DNA from: an uncultured Candidatus Bathyarchaeia archaeon
GTDB lineage: Archaea; Thermoproteota; Bathyarchaeia; Bathyarchaeales; Bathycorpusculaceae
Direction: 5' to 3'
DNA: 30,056 nucleotides
Assembly (NCBI GenBank): GCA_964450845.1
Contig: CAYVGZ010000007.1
Coordinates: forward strand, 1 to 30,056
The position numbers and the translations under genes were made by a program. A model generated the notes under the pieces. The model saw nothing but the letters and a program-made list of their open reading frames with translations, did no database searches and was not told the DNA's origin. Below are positions 8,921 to 16,363 of this stretch, one piece after another (position 1 is the first letter of the stretch; every line of letters starts with the position of its first letter).

Positions 8921-10774
8921 TTGATAATGATGAAAATTAAGTCAAGAACACTGACGCTAATACTTACTTTCTCGCTGGTTCTTTTTGTTCTCGTAGGTCA
9001 CAACGTCGAGTCCACTTTTTCGATGGAAAATCACGGCGGACGACTCGACATTTTTACACAGAAGGAACCATTCAGCGGAAGAGGCTTGAATATGTCAAGT
9101 GACGCGTTTGGTCCAGAAGAGAAAGTAGTAGTTTATGCTTCAGTAACTTATAATGATTATCCAGTAGAGAAGGCTCAAGTTGCCTTCGAAATCCATGGAC
9201 CACAGAATTCTGTACAAAACATCACTTTTCTTGATTCTGTTTTCACCAATAGTTCGGGTGTTGCCAACATTAGTTTTAGAATAGGCTTACAAAGTGATAT
9301 TTTTTTGGGGCAATGGAAGATTTTTGGAAGTGTATACCTTGTTGATGAAGTTCTTCAGGACTTTCTTTCCTTCCAAGCTGGATGGATTTTGGAAATAACT
9401 TCAATAAAAACTGTGGATAGAAACAATGTGGAGCAAACAAAATTCACAAAAGGGAGTCTTATGGGGGTAGAATTGTCGGTGCGAAACATTGCGATGACCG
9501 AGAAAAAAGCCACAATTGCGGTCACGATTTATGACTCGCTAAGTGTTTCAGTAAATTCAACACAAATAGATGACTGTAAGCTCCCTGCTAACGGCACGAT
9601 TACGAATATTAATTGTTTTCTAGTCATCCCCCAATGGGCGTCTACTGGCAATGCTACCGCAAGTGCATGTGCATATACTGCCCCAGTTTCTCTTGGCGGT
9701 GTACCCTATTGTCCCAAAGTTTCAACATATTTCTCAATTGTGTACCGTGATGTGGGAATATTGGAAGTTGAAGCATCTCCGGCAGTTGTGTATAAAGGAG
9801 GATTGGTTAATATTGATGTCACAGTCAAGAACGAAGGATGTGAAATTGAGTCATTTGAGCTTAGCGTGTATTATAACAATACACACTTTATAGGCGCAAA
9901 ATATGTTGCTAATCTACAAATAGATGCTAATGTTATAGAGCTTTTTGTCTGGAATACAAGCGCTTTGATTGAAGGTTTTTACGAGATTAGTGCTTATGCA
10001 GAGCCTGTTCCCGATGAAATCGACACCTCGGACAATCTTTATGTTGATGGTGTTGTTGAAGTTAAGCCTCCGCCTTTGACCTATCTATTAAACATAACAA
10101 GCAGTCCAATTTCGGATGTTAACTTCACAATCAACGGTGCACATGCACGAACGCCCTATTCAGCAATACATATGGAAGGTGTATACGCAATTGCCTTCCC
10201 AAGTGAATGGACTGACGCTGACACGGGAAGGCTTTACATTTTCAGCCGTTGGGAGGACAATTCAACAAATCGCACAAGAATAATTGAGCTAGTTTCTGAC
10301 GTGATGTTAACAGCTTATTATGAAGAGGCGGTTTTAACCTACACGCTTTCGATAACAAGTGACCCTATTCTTGGTGTTGATTTCATAATTGACGGAGTCA
10401 TGCAGACAACACCATACTCGGCTTTGCTTGAAGAAAAAAGCTACACAATAGTCATGCCTTCATCAGTCACAGACTCCGAGACTGGCAAAGTATACAACTT
10501 CCGAGGATGGGAAGACGGTTCGACCAATCTTACAAGAACAGTTTTACTTGGCAGAGATACTAACCTAACAGCGTACTATGAAGTGGCTATAAGGGGTTGG
10601 TTTGTTACAGACTGGTTTTATTGGCTTTTGCCAGCGCTTCTGGTTTTGATTATTGTTTTGCTGATTATCTGGTTTTATCGTAGAAGAAGGAAGAAAGCAG
10701 AAGACGCGTTTTATTCGGGTTGGACTGCTTGGTATTACTGCTATGATTTGCGGAGTAAAATCCCTAAAATTTAA
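8921..10774 (+). CDS. Secreted, C-terminally anchored Ig-fold (CARDB-like) surface protein
   Basis: N-terminal signal (basic residues then hydrophobic), many N-x-S/T sequons, CARDB-like DVGILEVEASP...VNIDVTVKNEG...DNLY segment, two tandem ~86-aa beta repeats, C-terminal TM helix followed by RRRRKK. Confidence 0.8.
   Translation: MIMMKIKSRTLTLILTFSLVLFVLVGHNVESTFSMENHGGRLDIFTQKEPFSGRGLNMSSDAFGPEEKVVVYASVTYNDYPVEKAQVAFEIHGPQNSVQNITFLDSVFTNSSGVANISFRIGLQSDIFLGQWKIFGSVYLVDEVLQDFLSFQAGWILEITSIKTVDRNNVEQTKFTKGSLMGVELSVRNIAMTEKKATIAVTIYDSLSVSVNSTQIDDCKLPANGTITNINCFLVIPQWASTGNATASACAYTAPVSLGGVPYCPKVSTYFSIVYRDVGILEVEASPAVVYKGGLVNIDVTVKNEGCEIESFELSVYYNNTHFIGAKYVANLQIDANVIELFVWNTSALIEGFYEISAYAEPVPDEIDTSDNLYVDGVVEVKPPPLTYLLNITSSPISDVNFTINGAHARTPYSAIHMEGVYAIAFPSEWTDADTGRLYIFSRWEDNSTNRTRIIELVSDVMLTAYYEEAVLTYTLSITSDPILGVDFIIDGVMQTTPYSALLEEKSYTIVMPSSVTDSETGKVYNFRGWEDGSTNLTRTVLLGRDTNLTAYYEVAIRGWFVTDWFYWLLPALLVLIIVLLIIWFYRRRRKKAEDAFYSGWTAWYYCYDLRSKIPKI
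10079..10594 (+). repeat. Tandem 258-bp (86-aa) intragenic domain duplication
   Basis: TYLLNITSSP...TPYSA...FSRWEDNSTNRTR...LTAYYE (from 10079) versus TYTLSITSDP...TPYSA...FRGWEDGSTNLTR...LTAYYE (from 10337). Confidence 0.9.
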
Positions 10775-10994
10775 GCGTAGTCAAGAATTTTGAAAAAATG
10801 TTGAGGGATGACGGAAGCCTTCTCCTTTCTCCCGCTTGGGCTTAAATTGTATATGGTTGAATGTTTATAAAACGCTTGCTATTTGCATAAGCATATGTCA
10901 TTTTCGAAAATATGCTATATTTCGGTGTCATTTCTGTTTTGGAAACTTTGTTTTTAGGCTTGTTTAAGACTGATTTTTATTGAGAAGGCTTAAA

Positions 10995-11111
10995 ATGTTT
11001 GAAGAAATTGCTTTCGGTGCAGTTAAGATGCTAATATTGCTCTTTTGGGTTGCAATAGCATTCGTCATCATTAGTGGCGCATTTTGGATGCGCTCTAATA
11101 AGAAAGCCTAG
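10995..11111 (+). CDS. 38-aa single-TM microprotein (not in ORF track)
   Basis: MFEEIAFGAVKMLILLFWVAIAFVIISGAFWMRSNKKA*, with purine-rich GAGAAGG upstream and a basic tail after the hydrophobic helix. Confidence 0.4.
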   Translation: MFEEIAFGAVKMLILLFWVAIAFVIISGAFWMRSNKKA

Positions 11112-11348
11112 CAAATGCTTTACTGAAAATGGCCATTGATGATCTTATTTGCAATTAATGTTTAGATCTTTTGCTAGTCGTTTCAAGTCGTCTTTGCTCA
11201 TTCCTTCAGTCTTGAGGTGTCTGCAAAAAATTATAGTGCTTTTGTATATACTTTGGCGAAATATTGAAAATAAATCCGTAACACATAAATCCGATTTTTC
11301 TAATCTTCAATTCTGGTCGGGCGGTAGCTCAGCTTGGTAGAGCTTCCG

Positions 11349-11386
11349 AGTCAGCATAGGCTTAGATGGCTTTGGCTGGCGGAGAC
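11349..11386 (+). other. 38-nt non-canonical tRNA intron (30/31)
   Basis: BHB: helix CUUC/GGAG, bulges CG|A and AC|G, inner stem GUCAGC/GCUGGC. Confidence 0.85.
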
Positions 11387-11393
11387 GCTGTAG

Positions 11394-11444
11394 ATGCCTA
11401 CCCATGGTGGGTGTCACCTCAGCCTATCAAGCGTACAAGCAGAA
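11394..11444 (+). other. 51-nt tRNA intron (37/38)
   Basis: Central helix CUGU/GCAG with bulges AG|A and AA|A. The inner helix is poorly formed, so the motif is a relaxed BHB. Confidence 0.8.
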
Positions 11445-11576
11445 ACCGGAGCGTCGCAAGTTCAAATCTTGCCCGCCCGACCAAGCCATTTTAACCAAAA
11501 CATATCCAATTCAGGTCTATCTTAGCATAGAATAGAGGAAGCATTGTAGCTTTTGGGAGACCTCTGTCGTATCATA

Positions 11577-12008
11577 CTATGGTCTTTGTTTCATTATTGT
11601 GACTACGCTTTTTTCTGCGTCTACTTTAACGAAGTCGCCTGTGCGAATGGTTTCAAACGGGTCCTTTTCTAATCTATTTACCAGTGGAACTTTCGCAATA
11701 AAAGCGCTCACGATGAGCACTGTTTCCACGTCCTTAACTATCAATGCTTTAGGAGCAACATTGTGTGAAGCCAGTTTAAACAGACCATCTATCTGAACCA
11801 CTGAACTGGCCTTTCCAGACGGAAACACAAGCACCTTATTCGCAAGATTCTTTCCCGCCAATTCATGGCTTCTCTCTCTAACCACGCCTGTCTTAGGCTC
11901 TGTAAGATAGAAGCAGATCGGTTCATGAGAAACTAGCGCTTCGCCCTCGCCGTAGCCGCCTATGATTTTGTGGCATTTTAATGCTATTTCCAAACTTTTC
12001 ATTTCCAT
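11577..12008 (-). CDS. AcnX (aconitase X) small/swivel subunit, DUF126-like
   Basis: GEGEALVSHEPI...GKNLANKVLVFPSGK...IRTGDFVKVDA; overlaps the large-subunit stop. Confidence 0.88.
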   Translation of the reverse strand: MEMKSLEIALKCHKIIGGYGEGEALVSHEPICFYLTEPKTGVVRERSHELAGKNLANKVLVFPSGKASSVVQIDGLFKLASHNVAPKALIVKDVETVLIVSAFIAKVPLVNRLEKDPFETIRTGDFVKVDAEKSVVTIMKQRP

Positions 12009-13213
12009 TTCCCTTCAATTGCGGCTTCAACGCAGTTTTGCAGTCTTGCCACTATAGCCTCTTTAAACCTCCGATAATAGGCACATTTAGGTGAATCTGT
12101 CATACCTACCTTGTCCTTATACGCGATCCAGCACGGCTCATCTATGCACGTATCTACAACCACGTGTCCACCAGCCCTCTCAATGGCATCCACGTATCCA
12201 TTTCTTTCAGCCAAAACCTTAGCCGTCGCTGACGTGCAAACCCAAAACGACACACCATCCCTTATCTTCTTCCCACTCAACAGCCTTGCAACATCTTCCA
12301 CCTGCTTCAGCGTGTAATGTGGACAGCCAAGCATAACAACGTCTATCTTGCCACTTGTCGTCTGAAGCTCATCGTAAGCCTGTCTAAGCTCGTGATCTGT
12401 TACAGTAATTTTGTCCTTTGGGATGTCGCCTTGAAAGGCTTCTTCAATGGTTGAGGCTTCAACAGTGAATCTTGGTATGTGAAACATTGATATAGCGCCA
12501 GGCACGTTTGACATTGCACAGAAGTTTATAAGTTCCTCCGTGTTCGGGCGCCTTGATATGCCCGTGAGCACGGGGACTCCGTAGCCTACTTGTTTGCCAA
12601 CGTGATATCCTAGAAGGGTATAGTCAAACTCGTCCTTCAAGGTTGCTTCTATATTGACCAAATGTGTGCCCTTCCGATTTTCTTTAAGATGCAGCCCATA
12701 TTCAGGGGTCTTGCCGATGACTCCTGCAGCAAGTGCGCTCTGGGCTGCTTCCCGATTTGTTCTTGCACCAATAACAGAATTCACATAAGGCGTAGCGCTT
12801 GATTCAGAGAAGGCAACGTTTTCACCGAACAGTGGAATGTTTTCAGCCATGTATGGAATGCAACTCCAACTCAGAATCGCGCCAACTCGCTTGTAGGCTT
12901 CCATCACTCTTCGAGCCACTTCAGCCTCATCCTCTGGGATAGAATCAAACAGGCTATGGAAATATCCAATATCATAAACTGGATTTGTGCTGGTAGGCAC
13001 TCTGCAACGTGCGCTTCCGTCAGCCAAAAGCTCGACAAAGTACAAGTCTCCTTCCTGACCACTTGAAGCGGCATGCGCACGGTTTATTGGAATCATTTTT
13101 TCAGCGTCATACGCATCGCCAATCGCCACAAGCAACTCAAGTGCCTTCTGTGTCCCTTCACCAAATTCGCCAGCAAGTATCCGCTCTTCCTCTTTAGTCA
13201 AATACATTTCCAT
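11999..13213 (-). CDS. AcnX (aconitase X) large/catalytic subunit, DUF521-like
   Basis: MYLTKEEERILAGEFG, PTSTNP, SESSA, NSVIGARTNRE, and three putative Fe-S ligand cysteines in SCIPY, LGCPH and DTC. Confidence 0.92.
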   Translation of the reverse strand: MEMYLTKEEERILAGEFGEGTQKALELLVAIGDAYDAEKMIPINRAHAASSGQEGDLYFVELLADGSARCRVPTSTNPVYDIGYFHSLFDSIPEDEAEVARRVMEAYKRVGAILSWSCIPYMAENIPLFGENVAFSESSATPYVNSVIGARTNREAAQSALAAGVIGKTPEYGLHLKENRKGTHLVNIEATLKDEFDYTLLGYHVGKQVGYGVPVLTGISRRPNTEELINFCAMSNVPGAISMFHIPRFTVEASTIEEAFQGDIPKDKITVTDHELRQAYDELQTTSGKIDVVMLGCPHYTLKQVEDVARLLSGKKIRDGVSFWVCTSATAKVLAERNGYVDAIERAGGHVVVDTCIDEPCWIAYKDKVGMTDSPKCAYYRRFKEAIVARLQNCVEAAIEGKWK

Positions 13214-13249
13214 TCACCTTCCATTCATAAGAGAGGGCATAAAGCCATG

Positions 13250-14191
13250 TCACACACACACGTTTTGCGGATGTCCCTCCAGGAACTTCATTACATTGTC
13301 GACGCAAATATCAGTGCACCTTTTTGCAGCCTCGACGGTGTTGAACCCTATGTGAGGAGAAAGTATCACATTATCAAGCTTGAACAACGGATTGTCTTTG
13401 GCTGGAGGCTCCTCTTCGAACACGTCTAGAGAGGCAAAAGATATCTTGCCTGTTTTTAACGCATCAACCAAAGCCTTTTCGTCGATTATTTTGCCTTGGG
13501 ACGTGTTGATTATAACAGCGCCTTTTTTCATAACCTCGATTTCCTTTTTCCCTATTAATCTCTCCGTTTCCGAAGTCAAAGTGACATGCAAAGTTACAAA
13601 GTCGCTTTCTTTCAGCAATGTATAAAGGTCGACGTACTTCATCCCAATCTCTTCGGCTCTCTTTAAGTTAGGATATTTATCGTAACCCAAAACTTGCATC
13701 TTAAAAGCTTTGGCTATTTCAGCAACTCGACAACCAATTGCTCCCGTGCCAATTATGCCAAAAGTTTTACCAGCCAGTTCGCTTCCTGTAAACGGTCTCC
13801 AATCAAAATCGCCCCTTCTAACATGCTTGTCAGCCGATGGTAATCTTCTAATCGCTGCAAGCAACAAAGCGAAGACATGCTCAGCAACAGCCTCAGTAGC
13901 ATAGCCTGGAACGTGTGTAACCACGATTCCCCTTTCCTTGGCTGCCTCCAGATTCGCGTAGTGGCATGTGGTAGCCCATATTGAAATCATTTTAAGCTTC
14001 TTGGCGGAATCAATGATGTTCCTAGTTAGATCACTCCAGCCAACTATTACGATGTCTGCCGACTTTATTCTTTCCATCAATTCATCAGGTGTTTTAGGTG
14101 GTTCACCGAAAATTTCTAGATCACCAGTTGATCGTAGTTTTTCAATGTGGTCTTTTTCTAGGTGGACATGATCTACGACTACTATCTTCAT
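13250..14191 (-). CDS. D-isomer-specific 2-hydroxyacid dehydrogenase family protein
   Basis: VAEH, GIIGTGAIG Rossmann motif, LHVTL, LDVFEEEP, SPHIG. The conserved NxxRG reads NTSQG. Confidence 0.92.
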   Translation of the reverse strand: MKIVVVDHVHLEKDHIEKLRSTGDLEIFGEPPKTPDELMERIKSADIVIVGWSDLTRNIIDSAKKLKMISIWATTCHYANLEAAKERGIVVTHVPGYATEAVAEHVFALLLAAIRRLPSADKHVRRGDFDWRPFTGSELAGKTFGIIGTGAIGCRVAEIAKAFKMQVLGYDKYPNLKRAEEIGMKYVDLYTLLKESDFVTLHVTLTSETERLIGKKEIEVMKKGAVIINTSQGKIIDEKALVDALKTGKISFASLDVFEEEPPAKDNPLFKLDNVILSPHIGFNTVEAAKRCTDICVDNVMKFLEGHPQNVCV

Positions 14192-14465
14192 TTTCTATCA
14201 TTTTTAGAATGTAGGCAGTTGCTTAAATTTTGTGTGGAAGTGTTCAAGTGTTCTTCCCATTAAGACTTGATTAATAACGAAATTATGGAATCCGCTGTCT
14301 GATATTGAAAAAGTTGTGATAGAATAGCGATTTATTTTGAAAAACGACTGTAAAAATCTGAATATGATTAAATTGCCTTTAAATTTAGGATGGTTTTTTC
14401 ATAAAACTTTTATATATGATGGTTTGTGGATATGAGTAATTAAGGTAAAGAACTCTGGTGCGTAC

Positions 14466-14699
14466 ATGGAACCTAGCAAAAAACCGTTAAATGTGCTTGT
14501 TAAACAGTTAAACGCCGGCATTGCAGTTGTGTTGAAAAACGGCTGTGAATACAAGGGAAAAATGATTAAGTGTGACGGGCACATGAACATACTTCTTGAG
14601 GGGGCAACTGAAAGCAGAGATGACCAGTTAATCACTAATTACGGAAATGTCTTATTGCGTGGAAACAACATACTTTACATAATGTTGGATGTTCACTGA
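14466..14699 (+). CDS. Sm-like (Lsm/SmAP) RNA-binding protein
   Basis: Sm1 KPLNVL...YKGKMIKCDGHMNILL and Sm2 GNVLLRGNNILYI. Confidence 0.92.
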   Translation: MEPSKKPLNVLVKQLNAGIAVVLKNGCEYKGKMIKCDGHMNILLEGATESRDDQLITNYGNVLLRGNNILYIMLDVH

Positions 14700-15598
14700 A
14701 AAGTAGCTATTTTGCCCATTCCAGTCACATATGCCAAAGCTTCTTTAAGTTTAACCTTTAACATACGCTTGCGTTTGAAATACTGCAAAATATTCTTTAC
14801 GTCTCGGGTTAGAAGCTGTTTAGCATTTGGATGGGTAACGGTGACGTATTGGGGCCAATCGATGATTAGAATGTGCATGTTTGGCTTTAAAATGACGTTG
14901 TATTCGCTTAAATCAGCGTGGATAACACCAGCCTTTAGATAGGCTTTTCGAACGTTGCGTAATATCTCCTTTAGAACTTTTTCTGGTTTGGAGATTTCCT
15001 TCCATCGTGCAAGTTCTGCCCCTTCAATCATGCCCATGGCTACTACGTGGCGGTTTTGGCTTATTGGCTCTGGAACGGCTATTCCGTATGGAAAGACAAG
15101 TTTTAAAGCTTGGAATTCTTTTTCTGCTGCAAGTCTAGACTGGAAAAGCCAGCTGGCATGCTCGGTTGTGTAGCCTCTTTTTCGCATGGTTTGGCGGAAG
15201 CTGATTCTGCCTAGTCTGTGAAATTTCACGGCAAACCTTTCTCCATTAGGATTTAATGCGTCGTAAACGTCTGCTTCTTTGCCAACTCCTAAAGATTTTC
15301 CAAAGGCTTCAAGCACTCCAGATTTGACAAGGGCGTTTATTGCGAGGCAATCGTATCCAGCATAGTTTAAAGTGTAACCTGTATAGGCTCCGCTCTTTTG
15401 GTAGATTAAACCTAATTTGTGGAGGCGGCTTAATCTGAAGTCTGTGTCTCGTGCAAGGTCGAATTTGGTGAATTTTGCAATCTGTTCTTTTGGAACGAAT
15501 TCGTGTTTGCTCATGGCGGTCTCGATGACTTGCAGTACTCTAAGGTCTTCGTTTTCTAGTGTGCGAAACACTTGAACCGCAATTTCAGCCGACGACAT
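14693..15598 (-). CDS. rio2: RIO2-type atypical protein kinase
   Basis: N-terminal wHTH (GYTLNYAGYD), P-loop GVGKEADVY, KFHRLG, catalytic IHADLSEYNV, IIDWPQ. Confidence 0.93.
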   Translation of the reverse strand: MSSAEIAVQVFRTLENEDLRVLQVIETAMSKHEFVPKEQIAKFTKFDLARDTDFRLSRLHKLGLIYQKSGAYTGYTLNYAGYDCLAINALVKSGVLEAFGKSLGVGKEADVYDALNPNGERFAVKFHRLGRISFRQTMRKRGYTTEHASWLFQSRLAAEKEFQALKLVFPYGIAVPEPISQNRHVVAMGMIEGAELARWKEISKPEKVLKEILRNVRKAYLKAGVIHADLSEYNVILKPNMHILIIDWPQYVTVTHPNAKQLLTRDVKNILQYFKRKRMLKVKLKEALAYVTGMGKIATFQ

Positions 15599-15635
15599 AA
15601 CACATAAAAATAGTTCATTTTGTTAATAAGTAATA

Positions 15636-15713
15636 CAATAAGTGATTAGTTGTAATACTGCAAATATGCCTAACCCTTTCATAAGTAGTCACTGAAAAAA
15701 CTTTGTTGATATG
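15636..15713 (+). repeat. Direct repeat, left copy (DR-L)
   Basis: CAATAAGTGATTAGTTGTAATACTGCAAATATGCCTAACCCTTTCATAAGTAGTCACTGAAAAAACTTTGTTGATATG. The first 58 alignment columns match DR-R at 44 positions by hand alignment. Confidence 0.8.
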
Positions 15714-16002
15714 AGGCCCTAGAACAAGACTTTGTTTATGGTAATAAACTCATGGTCGAAGTGTTTATGATTGCTTTTTCCGCTATTGAGCCTTTATTCC
15801 TTCTTTTCTTTCTTTTTTTGAAGTTCAATGTAGCCACAGTTTCTACAGTAGTATGTAAAAAACCCTGTCCCTGCTCGAACCATGCTTCTACCTTTCCTTA
15901 TTATGTGCATTCCAAAAAGCGCATGTGGATTTAGAATAATGATTAGTAGTTTATAAGATTTTTCTGGGAATTGGTTGCTCTGGATTTCATTTAGGGTGAA
16001 TC

Positions 16003-16236
16003 ATGATGCCAAGAGTCCCGCTGCTCGCAGCTATAATTGGGACAGCAATCATTGGATTAGTCACTGTCATTACCATGCTTATAGAAGACGTTCTGACAGA
16101 AAAAGAAGATGCAGAAAAAATGCGCTCAGTAGAAAAAATAGATAGGATTTATTTAGAGATGAAGAAACGTGAACAGTTACCCACACAAACATTACCAAAT
16201 TTTAGATGTAGGAAGCAGAACATCATCATATCATAA
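16003..16236 (+). CDS. Small N-terminally anchored hypothetical protein
   Basis: SD-like AGGGTGA; hydrophobic LLAAIIGTAIIGLVTVITMLI followed by a charged tail. Confidence 0.5.
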   Translation: MMPRVPLLAAIIGTAIIGLVTVITMLIEDVLTEKEDAEKMRSVEKIDRIYLEMKKREQLPTQTLPNFRCRKQNIIIS

Positions 16237-16363
16237 ACACTTTGAAGGCGATAACATGCTACATATTGACATCAATCGACAGGCTTTCCATAAACTTTGT
16301 AAAGAGGTACTTTTGGATGAACTTTTGGAAATAGAGGAAAATTTTTATGACTGGCGTTATTAA
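16169..16363 (+). pseudogene. Class I SAM-dependent methyltransferase fragment
   Basis: Motif I-like ILDVGS and beta-2 acidic residue HIDIN, but only 64 aa long. Confidence 0.45.

Larger units (their letters stand above)
11318..11483 (+). tRNA. tRNA-Tyr(GUA) with two introns (30/31 and 37/38), CCA encoded
   Basis: Removing 11349-11386 and 11394-11444 gives CGGGCGG/CCGCCCG, GCTC/GAGC, TCCGG-CTGTAGA-CCGGA, GCAAG-TTCAAAT-CTTGC, A73, CCA. C1:G72 and A73 are the archaeal Tyr identity elements. Confidence 0.9.

Noticed and set aside
11145-11201. 18-aa minus-strand ORF MSKDDLKRLAKDLNINCK with GAAGGA upstream, resembling a helix-extension-helix fragment
   Set aside because: Too short to support without a homology search.
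11270-11293. Direct repeat ATAAATCCG twice, 15 bp apart, upstream of tRNA-Tyr
   Set aside because: Only 9 bp in AT-rich promoter DNA; cannot be distinguished from chance.
11149-11340. 63-aa plus-strand ORF
   Set aside because: Runs into the tRNA-Tyr promoter and 5' end; no coding signature.
11349-11444. Single long intron, nested third intron, or alternative anticodon (e.g. CAT)
   Set aside because: No alternative parse gave a U33 loop, a paired 31-39 position and a BHB. The Tyr parse satisfies all of these plus C1:G72/A73.
11349-11444. C/D box guide RNA in the Tyr introns
   Set aside because: No RUGAUGA or CUGA boxes in sense orientation.
8659-11483. Segment between the two tRNAs as a tRNA-integrated element
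   Set aside because: No duplicated tRNA 3' end (att) and no recombinase were found.
15752-15934. 60-aa plus-strand ORF
   Set aside because: Low complexity, no SD, no motif; it overlaps the minus-strand CxxCG candidate.
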